Source of the DNA: a virus
Strand: one strand, 5' to 3'
Virus record (IMG/VR): IMGVR_UViG_3300017917_001271
Location: 27,902-91,901 of that record
Length of the DNA: 64,000 bases
Positions 20,226 to 28,137 of this stretch are shown in pieces (within the stretch, counting starts at the first letter, position 1; every line of letters begins with the position of its first letter). Under the pieces are notes generated by a model, which worked only from the letters and a program-made list of their open reading frames with translations, was not told the origin of the DNA and ran no database searches. Position numbers and translations under genes: made by a program.

Positions 20226-20907
20226 TATAGTTTTTATTAGTTATAGCGAACCAAACGCAGAAGAAAATTTACAAAAACTAAAAAGTAGATTTCCTCTAGT
20301 CAAGCATGTGGCCGGTGTTAAAGGAATTCATCAGGCGCACATTGCTGCCGCCAGACGAAGTTTTACTCCTATGTTTTGGGTAGTTGATGCGGATGCTATT
20401 ATCTTAGATACGTTTAATTTTGATTATACAGTGACGCCTGAAGAATACGATATAGTTCATGTTTGGAGAAGTCGCAATCCTATTAATGGATTAGAGTACG
20501 GTTACGGCGGAGTAAAACTACTTCCAAAAAAACTAACTATGAATATGGACACATCTACTACTGACATGACAACCAGTATTAGTACAAGATTTAAGGCGAT
20601 GGATACTGTTAGTAACATTACAGCATTCAATACAGATCCCTTTTCAGCATGGCGCAGTGCCTTTAGAGAATGTTGTAAACTGGCAGTTATTAACAACGAG
20701 GAATCGTTGGCTAGATTAAAAGTATGGTGTGTGTTAAATGAAAACGTAGCTTACGGATTTTATGCATATTTAGGCGCACTCGCTGGTCGAGCTTATGGAG
20801 AAAAAAATGCCGCTGATATAGCGGCACTAAATCTAATTAACGATTTTGATTGGCTTAAGAATCAGTATGAGCAAATTCCCCAGCCATGGGAAACACTTCA
20901 GCAATAA
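20218..20907 (+). CDS. GT-A-like glycosyltransferase (paralog of 19326..20225)
   Basis: DIVFISYSEPNAE, GVKGIHQAH, FWVVDADA, NGLEYGYGGVK, PFSAWRSAFRE. Confidence 0.6.
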   Translation: MFDIVFISYSEPNAEENLQKLKSRFPLVKHVAGVKGIHQAHIAAARRSFTPMFWVVDADAIILDTFNFDYTVTPEEYDIVHVWRSRNPINGLEYGYGGVKLLPKKLTMNMDTSTTDMTTSISTRFKAMDTVSNITAFNTDPFSAWRSAFRECCKLAVINNEESLARLKVWCVLNENVAYGFYAYLGALAGRAYGEKNAADIAALNLINDFDWLKNQYEQIPQPWETLQQ

Positions 20908-21529
20908 CACTAGCACATGCTCTTGCTACTTCCATATGCTCTAGCTGTGTGCCGTTACCGCTACGTAGTTCAATAAAGTGTACCCAACTACGTAGTGTAC
21001 CGTTCATGTATAAACGACTTACTGTGTTGCCTTCGGGCAAAATGGCACGAGCTTGCTCTTTAGCAATACCACGTTCAATAGCTTCTGCATAGATACGTTT
21101 TACATTGTCAATAATAAATTTTTGCTGTGCATCCCACCATGCTGAAAGTTCTGGATTATCTGTAGCAATACTATTTTGACGATTTTTTGTATCTTGAAGA
21201 CGTGCTTCTCGAATGACAAAGTCTAAGTCTTTTGTAGGATCGGCATATCGCTGGCTGAATTCTTGAAAGGAAAAACTACGATGTCTTAAAATCTGTCTGG
21301 CAATATCTCTAGTAGTTTCAATTTCCAAACAGGCGCTAACCATCTCTAACGGACTCCAGTGTTTGTGCTTTACAAGATACCTTATTAATTTTTCACTGGT
21401 TTCTAAGTTAAATTGATTGCTAGGGTTACTAACTCTAGCACAGAACGCAATTAGTTCCTGAGCATCTATTACTCCTTCATCGTACATTGCTCGACTTGGT
21501 TTGCTCACACTAATTAATTTTACTTTCAT
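20855..21529 (-). CDS. thyX: FAD-dependent thymidylate synthase
   Basis: ThyX signature RQILRHRSFSFQEFSQRY, plus HWSPLE and EQARAILP. Confidence 0.95.
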   Translation of the reverse strand: MKVKLISVSKPSRAMYDEGVIDAQELIAFCARVSNPSNQFNLETSEKLIRYLVKHKHWSPLEMVSACLEIETTRDIARQILRHRSFSFQEFSQRYADPTKDLDFVIREARLQDTKNRQNSIATDNPELSAWWDAQQKFIIDNVKRIYAEAIERGIAKEQARAILPEGNTVSRLYMNGTLRSWVHFIELRSGNGTQLEHMEVARACASVIAEVFPMAGEFAHTDS

Positions 21530-21846
21530 AGTTTTTTCTTTCTTAAAAATTTTTGGGTCCCACGTTCGATGTCTTTTTTTATGCTCTGTGTGTCTAATCG
21601 AAAATCAATATTATCAATTTTATTTTCGTAGTTTTTATAAAGTTCACCGATAGTTTCTTCCAAAGATTCCCATCCTTTGATATGATCTTCTTTTGTTATT
21701 TTAACTTCCCAAACTTTGCCGTCTTTGAACGTAATCAGAACCGCATGGAGATATCGTAAGGGTAGAACATTTAGCTTTACCTCTCCGAACACTTCTGGCC
21801 AACACTCGACAACTTCTTTGGGAAGATTTCTTCCCTTGGTCATCAC
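21526..21846 (-). CDS. Hypothetical protein
   Basis: The ORF is coupled to both neighbours by 4-nt overlaps. Confidence 0.6.
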   Translation of the reverse strand: MMTKGRNLPKEVVECWPEVFGEVKLNVLPLRYLHAVLITFKDGKVWEVKITKEDHIKGWESLEETIGELYKNYENKIDNIDFRLDTQSIKKDIERGTQKFLRKKKL

Positions 21847-22466
21847 TTGGATTTTTTGGTAGGAACCAACTCCTCGGCTTTGCGACGAAACTCGGCAGCT
21901 TGTTTTGCTAATTTGTCTGCTTGGCTACGATAATATTTTGCTTCTGACTCGGATGAATCAAAACTCGTTGGTGCAGATTCGTTAACACTTACAGATGTTG
22001 TTTTGCTTACATTTGGTGTTTCAGTTAAGTCGCGAGCAGTTGCTACCTCTTGTACTTCCACATTTTTATCTCCGCTCTGCGGTTTAATATGTAGCTCGTC
22101 AACAGCAATTCCGCGTTGTTCGGCAATAATTTGATTAAGCTCAGATAGTAGAATTGATGCACCAATCACTGGTGTCATTTCAACTTCGCGTGTGCTTACT
22201 TTAACTAGACGACCATTTCCGTGTAAAAACGGAAGCATACGACTGCCGTCTGGGAATTGTGTACGATCCAGTGCTTCTGCAAACTCATAGGCGTTTTGTG
22301 CTGCTGGGCTTTCGACTAAGTTAATTAATGCGTTATGCAACTCGTCAGGTAAACTTTCTGTTGCTACAACTAATGCACTATACGCATCTCCAGGTATGGT
22401 CCTAAATGCAACAAGTACCTTTTTACCGGTTGCTTTGATCCTACCTACGTGTTTTAATGATTGCAT
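21843..22466 (-). CDS. Hypothetical protein
   Basis: AAGGAG SD, 207 aa, C-terminal coiled coil. Confidence 0.65.
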   Translation of the reverse strand: MQSLKHVGRIKATGKKVLVAFRTIPGDAYSALVVATESLPDELHNALINLVESPAAQNAYEFAEALDRTQFPDGSRMLPFLHGNGRLVKVSTREVEMTPVIGASILLSELNQIIAEQRGIAVDELHIKPQSGDKNVEVQEVATARDLTETPNVSKTTSVSVNESAPTSFDSSESEAKYYRSQADKLAKQAAEFRRKAEELVPTKKSK

Positions 22467-22468
22467 AA

Positions 22469-22711
22469 TTATGCTCCTTGTTTTTCTGATTGTTTGGCAA
22501 CTTGTTCTAAGAACGTTGTTAGTTTTGTATAAGTTTGCCCAACAACAGTCATTTCTGCTGGTTTAAATGCACCTCTTGAACTTGCAATATCAATGATTAC
22601 TTTCATAGCATTTAAATCATTGAGAGTTAGTTCAGCAGATTCTTGTTTAGGTGCTTGTGCCTGAGCACTTCCTTGTTCAGGCACAGATTGATCTTGTACG
22701 TTTTCAGTCAT
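22469..22711 (-). CDS. Hypothetical protein
   Basis: AAGGAG SD, with a GATAATTA late-promoter variant at 22737-22744. Confidence 0.65.
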   Translation of the reverse strand: MTENVQDQSVPEQGSAQAQAPKQESAELTLNDLNAMKVIIDIASSRGAFKPAEMTVVGQTYTKLTTFLEQVAKQSEKQGA

Positions 22712-22739
22712 GGTATCTCCTTATAAAGTACAAATATAA

Positions 22740-23027
22740 TTATCTTAATTGGAGATACGGACAGGCAATCGTGAAGAAGCTTAATTCTTTTTCTGACTCA
22801 AATCCAATCTGAGTAGTGTAGACTATACTGTTTGTATGATCTAGGGCTAGAGTTTGCCCTATGTAATATCTGCTGTTTAGATTTTGCTTAATCCAACTGT
22901 CTAAATTTTTTAATAGCCCAGGGGTATACTTTTCAATGGTTGTGTATTTAAAATGAGGAGCGGCAAACCCAACACGACGAATGTTGTAGTAATTTAACGG
23001 ATTAGGTTTGCCACTTCTTAACGCCAT
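22740..23027 (-). CDS. Hypothetical protein
   Basis: TAATG coupling with the upstream gene and a GGGGAG SD. Confidence 0.6.
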   Translation of the reverse strand: MALRSGKPNPLNYYNIRRVGFAAPHFKYTTIEKYTPGLLKNLDSWIKQNLNSRYYIGQTLALDHTNSIVYTTQIGFESEKELSFFTIACPYLQLR

Positions 23028-24211
23028 TATGCGTACTCCCCTTTGAACTCATAGTATGCGTATTCGCCAAATGGAGGAACGATTTTATCGTTGCCGTGAA
23101 TAATAAACAAAGTATCACAGTAAAGCTCGTCGCCCCAAGAACCATACGGGTAACCATCAGTAAACATAATAAACTTTTTAGGGTTAATGTCGTTTTCTTT
23201 CATGTATTCCCAGTTGACATCAAAATCGGTACCACCGCCACCCATAGGTTCGTAGTTCATAAACTCGTCCATGTTGTAGCCGTCGTAATCTTGTTCGTTA
23301 TAAACGGACGTATCAAAGCACCAGAGTTTAATTTTAAAGTCCTTGTATTCTTCCATGATGCCTTTGATTTCACTTAAGAAGTCTTTGGCTTGTTCTTCTC
23401 CGATGGATCCAGACATATCGATTGCAACACAGATGTCAATTGTCTCGTCGTAGTTAGTTCCAGGAAGAATTGCATTCATATGCCATCCCTTGCGGTTAGG
23501 ACGCATAAATGTATAGTCGTTTTTGATGGTGCTTTGAATTTGCTGACGCAACATTTCGCGCCAGTTCATCTTAGGCTCAGTAAGCTCTTTAATCATTCGG
23601 GCAATACTTGCCGGTACATTTCCTGCACCAGCAGATTGTGCCGCCTGCATTACAGCTTCACGCATTTCATCACGAATCTTTTTAAGATCTTCTTTACTGT
23701 ATTTTGGCTGTCCGTCTTTTTGCTCGCCTTCTGGATCCAAGTGTTCATCCAAAAGTTGACCTAATGCAGCCAATTGCTCGTCATCGTACTTTTCGTGAAT
23801 CTCGTCGTAGATTTGTTCTGCACTCCAGCCGTAGTATTTTTGATCATGGAAAATTTTGATATCTGGAAGATTATGATCTCCAATTTTATCTCTAACGATT
23901 TGTCCGTTGACAGCGTAGTCACAGGCAATGTTAAAGATCTTTGGATCACGACCTTCTCTACGACCCATGTGTTCAAAGACCGCGTGTAAGATTTCGTGTG
24001 CAATTACAAATTCTACTTGTTTTACTGTAAGGGGAGTAAAAAATTTACGATTAAAGAAAATATGACGCCCGTCTGTAGCCGCTGTTGGAAGCCAGTCATC
24101 TGCTTCTTGGATTTTCATGCGAGTAGCAAGGTTACCAAAGAACGGATGACGTAGCAGTAGTCCAACTCGTGCTACGATAATTTTGTCAATAATTGGATCG
24201 GCATGTGCCAT
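23027..24211 (-). CDS. HExxH putative metallopeptidase with C-terminal vWA domain (DUF2201-type)
   Basis: TAATDG, VIAHEILH, NIACDYAVN; MIDAS elements IDMSGS, GGGGTDF, FTDG. Confidence 0.85.
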   Translation of the reverse strand: MAHADPIIDKIIVARVGLLLRHPFFGNLATRMKIQEADDWLPTAATDGRHIFFNRKFFTPLTVKQVEFVIAHEILHAVFEHMGRREGRDPKIFNIACDYAVNGQIVRDKIGDHNLPDIKIFHDQKYYGWSAEQIYDEIHEKYDDEQLAALGQLLDEHLDPEGEQKDGQPKYSKEDLKKIRDEMREAVMQAAQSAGAGNVPASIARMIKELTEPKMNWREMLRQQIQSTIKNDYTFMRPNRKGWHMNAILPGTNYDETIDICVAIDMSGSIGEEQAKDFLSEIKGIMEEYKDFKIKLWCFDTSVYNEQDYDGYNMDEFMNYEPMGGGGTDFDVNWEYMKENDINPKKFIMFTDGYPYGSWGDELYCDTLFIIHGNDKIVPPFGEYAYYEFKGEYA

Positions 24212-24240
24212 ATCTGCTCCTAAAATTACAGTATGTATAT

Positions 24241-24269
24241 ATTATAACAGGGCCCGTAGGCCCTGTCAA
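24241..24269 (-). promoter_or_regulatory. Consensus sigma70 promoter whose spacer is an 8-bp C(UACG)G hairpin
   Basis: The minus strand reads TTGACA-gggcctacgggccctgt(17)-TATAAT. Within it, ACAGGGCC-TACG-GGCCCTGT is a perfect inverted repeat. Confidence 0.85.
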
Positions 24270-24270
24270 C

Positions 24271-25362
24271 TTATTGCTTTTCAGTGGCTTGTGCAATATA
24301 CTTACCAAACTTTGCATGGAAGTCGTCGAAACATTTAATTTCGTCTGGATCCAACGGCAGTTTGTAGGTACTAAGAGCAAGTTTAGTGCCCATGATAACA
24401 AGTTCGGTTTCAAAATTATCCATCATAAACTGGAAGAAACAATTAACTTGATCGTTCCAATCTTTAGCTTTTTTATCGCAAGAATCTTTGAGCTCATAGC
24501 ACAGGCTGACGACTAGCGAATATTGAGCGGAGATTTCTTTTGAATCCATCTTTTTAACCTTGCCCTGCAGGATGTCTGTAGGGTTAGGCATTTTGCTGGC
24601 ATGTTTACGATGCGCCATAAACTTGATAGCAAGCCCTTCACCAATTGCACCAGCAGTCAAGTCAGTTAGTGTTTCGGTATCGGTATCGTCGTCAACCAAT
24701 AGCTCGCTAACAAAGGACCAAGAGCGAGGTGTTGCAAATGCGCGACTTGCACTCTTAGGATCAAAGTCGTAAAGATCTTTCTTAGAGAAAGTGAGGAAAC
24801 CAACAACGTCTTTGTGAACCTTGTTGTTGACGGCCCATTCTTGCCAATCATCCCAATCGCAGGTCATTTCCAAGTGAACGAAACGGTTAGCCAACGGAGC
24901 AGGCATACGGTAAGTAACACCTTTGTCGCTTTCACGGTTACCGGCGGCAACCATTACAACGTTATCTGGAAGTTTGTAAGTACCAACACGACGGTTAAGG
25001 ACCAACTGATAAGCTGCGGCCTGTACAGCAGGTGCTGCACTGTTCATTTCGTCCATAAACAAGACTACTTGTTTGTGCTGGCTTGCTAGAGCTTCGTCGG
25101 GCAATTCGAGCGGAGGAGCCCACACCATTTTGTTAGTGTTGCTGTCAAAATACGGGATACCTTTAATGTCAGTAGGTTCCCAAAGACTTAGACGAACGTC
25201 GATTACGTGGGCATCGAGTTCTTCGCCAAGTTGTTTAATAATATCTGATTTACCAATACCCGGAGGACCCCACAGGAAGATTGGACGCTTATTTTTAAAA
25301 GCCTTACGAAGAGACTTTTTGGCACCTTTAGGACCAACAGTACGACTAACGATTTCTGCCAT
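24271..25362 (-). CDS. MoxR-like AAA+ ATPase
   Basis: Walker A GPPGIGKS, Walker B LFMDE, AAGNR, PLANRF, TPRSW. Adjacent to its vWA partner. Confidence 0.9.
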   Translation of the reverse strand: MAEIVSRTVGPKGAKKSLRKAFKNKRPIFLWGPPGIGKSDIIKQLGEELDAHVIDVRLSLWEPTDIKGIPYFDSNTNKMVWAPPLELPDEALASQHKQVVLFMDEMNSAAPAVQAAAYQLVLNRRVGTYKLPDNVVMVAAGNRESDKGVTYRMPAPLANRFVHLEMTCDWDDWQEWAVNNKVHKDVVGFLTFSKKDLYDFDPKSASRAFATPRSWSFVSELLVDDDTDTETLTDLTAGAIGEGLAIKFMAHRKHASKMPNPTDILQGKVKKMDSKEISAQYSLVVSLCYELKDSCDKKAKDWNDQVNCFFQFMMDNFETELVIMGTKLALSTYKLPLDPDEIKCFDDFHAKFGKYIAQATEKQ

Positions 25363-25411
25363 TTTAATACCTTTCTAAAGTGGGCGGATGAAATTTTTAC
25401 GCTATGTCTGT

Positions 25412-25440
25412 ATTATAGTTGGATCAGTGGGTCTTGTCAA
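25412..25440 (-). promoter_or_regulatory. Consensus sigma70 (early) promoter
   Basis: The minus strand reads TTGACA-agacccactgatccaac(17)-TATAAT. Confidence 0.85.
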
Positions 25441-25844
25441 CTGTTTTGTTCTGCGTCCAAATCTTTCTGACGCTCATTCATTGCTTTTATTAGTCCAAAT
25501 TTTCGAATATCGTCTGAAAACAAGTAAAGTTCAAAACTTTTCTTTTCCGAAAAAACAGTAATACTTTGGTTAGTTAAAAAATATGGACAATCGATATATT
25601 TTTCCAAAAATATAATTGTCTGTGGACTTAATTCGATTGGGTCAGTAAACGGTATTTCGTAGCTTTGCAGATTCAATTCATTTACCAAAAAATCAAATCC
25701 TTCTTCACTTAATCTGAATGCAGTTTGTTTGTTTACACGGTTTGATTGCCACCATTTATGAGAAAATAGTTTTACGTTGGCATCGTCAGTGCTTTTGCCC
25801 CACTGTTGTAAAAAAATTTTAGTGAGAACATCTCGGCCTATCAT
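25437..25844 (-). CDS. Hypothetical protein
   Basis: ATGA-coupled ORF of 135 aa. Confidence 0.6.
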   Translation of the reverse strand: MIGRDVLTKIFLQQWGKSTDDANVKLFSHKWWQSNRVNKQTAFRLSEEGFDFLVNELNLQSYEIPFTDPIELSPQTIIFLEKYIDCPYFLTNQSITVFSEKKSFELYLFSDDIRKFGLIKAMNERQKDLDAEQNS

Positions 25845-26125
25845 TTTATAATTGTGCCACTAGTGAGTTTGACTACTTGAAAATCTTCAGTTCCAAAAGT
25901 CAAATTTAATTTCTTTGCAAGGTTGTGTGCGTGACCAGGATTGCTAAAGCTAACTTTTTTGTATTTAGGTCCGGGGTAACTGGTCAAACTATTGAAACTC
26001 TTTAAGTTAAATGGCTCGCTTTTATAGAAGACAGCCCATATTGCGTCTGCTTCTAAAATCTGTTCTGTTTTGTAAGTTTTTTTATTAGTGTGTTCTAATA
26101 AAACTTTTGGCTTCGGTCTACTCAT
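25841..26125 (-). CDS. Basic hypothetical protein (MSRPKP...)
   Basis: The likely start is MSRPKPK. A late-promoter box precedes it at 26150-26166. Confidence 0.6.
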   Translation of the reverse strand: MSRPKPKVLLEHTNKKTYKTEQILEADAIWAVFYKSEPFNLKSFNSLTSYPGPKYKKVSFSNPGHAHNLAKKLNLTFGTEDFQVVKLTSGTIIK

Positions 26126-26149
26126 AATGCGCAATTCCAGTTAATTAAC

Positions 26150-26166
26150 TACGCATATATTTATCT
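26150..26166 (-). promoter_or_regulatory. Late promoter box, copy 1 of an exact 17-nt repeat
   Basis: AGATAAATATATGCGTA (minus strand), identical to 26991-27007. Confidence 0.7.
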
Positions 26167-26167
26167 T

Positions 26168-26416
26168 TTATTTCTGATCTTCGAAGCCACCACCGTCCAT
26201 TGATACACTAACTACATCTGTTTCAAAACTGCGTTTTAACTCACTTAATAAGGTATAATGATCTTGATTAAGTTTATCTAAGCACTCAGTTAGTGCTAAA
26301 ACAAGCATCCTTGCTTGTTGGATGCTTATTTTAACTTCTTTACTTTGTGTTTGTTCTGCCGAGCGAACCTGTTGAACAAACTGTGTTATTGGTGTTAAAT
26401 TAATTTGATTTTGCAT
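26168..26416 (-). CDS. Hypothetical protein
   Basis: 82-aa ORF overlapping the upstream gene end. Confidence 0.6.
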   Translation of the reverse strand: MQNQINLTPITQFVQQVRSAEQTQSKEVKISIQQARMLVLALTECLDKLNQDHYTLLSELKRSFETDVVSVSMDGGGFEDQK

Positions 26417-26948
26417 TTGCCAATACCTGTTTCATTTCAATTTCTGTTTTGAAGGGTCCTTTATAAGGATAGCGTTCAATAGTGATAAGTTTAGGACAAT
26501 GACTCTTAACCCAGCCTTTGTCAAATTTAATAATATAATAGCCTGCGCAGTATAAACTCTTGCTGGCATTTGATTTTGTGAATAGTGGAAGTCTACGTTG
26601 AACATCATACATCGGATTGTATGGTTTGCAACTAGTGGGGTATCCGTGACAATCGTTTTGTTCTACGGCAGTTACTTTAACTTTTTCATTTTTAATGAAA
26701 AAATCTTTACCAAACTGTTTTGTTAGATCGTCTTTTTTGTTAAACATAACTTCGCCGTTAACACTACTAAGAATAAATTTATTATTTTCTTTTTTGTGTA
26801 GCACAGCAATTTTAGAACCATTTTCTTCTACGATCCAAAATTTTCCATCTACGATTGGCTTTGCGTGTATCTCTGTCATTGTTATCTCCTTGCATCCCTG
26901 TTTTTTGTTTGGGCATGTTGTGGCGTACATACATTCTGTATCATACAT
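26400..26948 (-). CDS. Hypothetical protein with two SD-supported in-frame starts (26948 and 26879)
   Basis: GAGGAG precedes ATG 26948 and AAGGAG precedes ATG 26879. Confidence 0.65.
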   Translation of the reverse strand: MYDTECMYATTCPNKKQGCKEITMTEIHAKPIVDGKFWIVEENGSKIAVLHKKENNKFILSSVNGEVMFNKKDDLTKQFGKDFFIKNEKVKVTAVEQNDCHGYPTSCKPYNPMYDVQRRLPLFTKSNASKSLYCAGYYIIKFDKGWVKSHCPKLITIERYPYKGPFKTEIEMKQVLANAKSN

Positions 26949-26990
26949 AATTTTCTCCTCTTACTAGGCCCCGGAGGCACCTTAGTAATG

Positions 26991-27007
26991 TACGCATATA
27001 TTTATCT
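26991..27007 (-). promoter_or_regulatory. Late promoter box, copy 2 of an exact 17-nt repeat
   Basis: AGATAAATATATGCGTA, followed by an imperfect hairpin with a C(UCCG)G loop at 26961-26988. Confidence 0.7.
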
Positions 27008-27151
27008 CTTAAAAATACCCTTAATCCATTGGATTAAATTATAATATCTCCAATGATAATCTGTTAGCATCGGAGATATATGTGGACATCGCCCTTGTCT
27101 CCAATCGCAGTTTGCACGAATGTCTTCACCGCAAGTTGTGCATTTATTCAT
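27002..27151 (-). CDS. Small Cys-rich protein (49 aa; not in the ORF track)
   Basis: Translated by hand: MNKCTTCGEDIRANCDWRQGRCPHISPMLTDYHWRYYNLIQWIKGIFKR. ATGA-coupled to the upstream gene, with a GAGGA SD. Confidence 0.6.
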   Translation of the reverse strand: MNKCTTCGEDIRANCDWRQGRCPHISPMLTDYHWRYYNLIQWIKGIFKR

Positions 27152-27642
27152 TTGTCGTCCTCGTCTGAGTATGGTGCTACATTTTCTTCAATAATGGCAG
27201 TATCACCGTAACCGTTGGCATCTACTAGGTCAACTTTTACAGGACCAATAATTGCTACATGATCATCTTCAATTTCCCAATTATGATCACCGTCGTAAAT
27301 CCAAGCAGTCCCCCAACGTCCGTCTTCGTCTTCTTTTTCTCCGCGAAGTATTGCTTCAATATCTGCTTTTTCTTCTTCTGTAAATCCGTCGCTGAAGTTT
27401 ACATATACTGAGATAAGGTCGTCTAGTTCACAGCCCCAGCCTACTTGAGGATTGCAGTGAACGCGGTCTGTTTCAAACTTCCAAACAGGTTCATCTTCTT
27501 CTCTAAATGCCTGCCCCCACCGCCATAGTTCAGTTACATCAAATCCGCGAATAGTGCCATCAGGTAAGCGTTCAAAAACATCTACAAAATATTCTACTGA
27601 TTTCTTTTCTAAAGGAGTAATGCGGTAGAGCTTTTCCATCAT
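27148..27642 (-). CDS. Highly acidic hypothetical protein (paralog of next gene)
   Basis: About a quarter of residues are D/E by hand count. Shares PxxKKSxE and IxGPxxI with 27639..28136. Confidence 0.65.
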   Translation of the reverse strand: MMEKLYRITPLEKKSVEYFVDVFERLPDGTIRGFDVTELWRWGQAFREEDEPVWKFETDRVHCNPQVGWGCELDDLISVYVNFSDGFTEEEKADIEAILRGEKEDEDGRWGTAWIYDGDHNWEIEDDHVAIIGPVKVDLVDANGYGDTAIIEENVAPYSDEDDK

Positions 27643-28136
27643 TCGTCCTTGTAGTCAACAACATTACCATTTTCATCTGCACAGATGATACGCACTTTTT
27701 CACCTGCTTCGTTTTCAATAAGAATTGGTCCCCAGATCCATGCTTGGGTTTCGCTCTGGCTCCAACCTTCTTGATTTTCAAGTACATCGTAGATATCGCC
27801 TTCTTCATCAATAAGCTCTTGAAGGCGCTCTTTTTCTTCTTCATCCATGTCTTCTGGAAATTCAATTTCTTCCCAGCAGCCATCCCACATACTCTCTAAT
27901 TCAACACTTTCAATATTATTAAATGAGCAGTTGTACATGTCGATGCTATCTTTAGAACCGTCACCGCCTGGTACATAATCAAAATCAAATTCTGGCGGAT
28001 TGTCGTCACTAGTTTCGACGATAAAACTAGCACCTCTGAATCCAGTTTGTCGAACAATAGTCATACCGTCTTTGGTATAATGCTCGTGTTCTTCGCATGA
28101 CTTTTTGTAGTAAGGCGATACTTTCCATGTTGCCAT
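27639..28136 (-). CDS. Highly acidic hypothetical protein
   Basis: The likely start is MATWKVSP at 28136, with an AAGGAG SD. Confidence 0.65.
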   Translation of the reverse strand: MATWKVSPYYKKSCEEHEHYTKDGMTIVRQTGFRGASFIVETSDDNPPEFDFDYVPGGDGSKDSIDMYNCSFNNIESVELESMWDGCWEEIEFPEDMDEEEKERLQELIDEEGDIYDVLENQEGWSQSETQAWIWGPILIENEAGEKVRIICADENGNVVDYKDE

Positions 28137-28137
28137 A

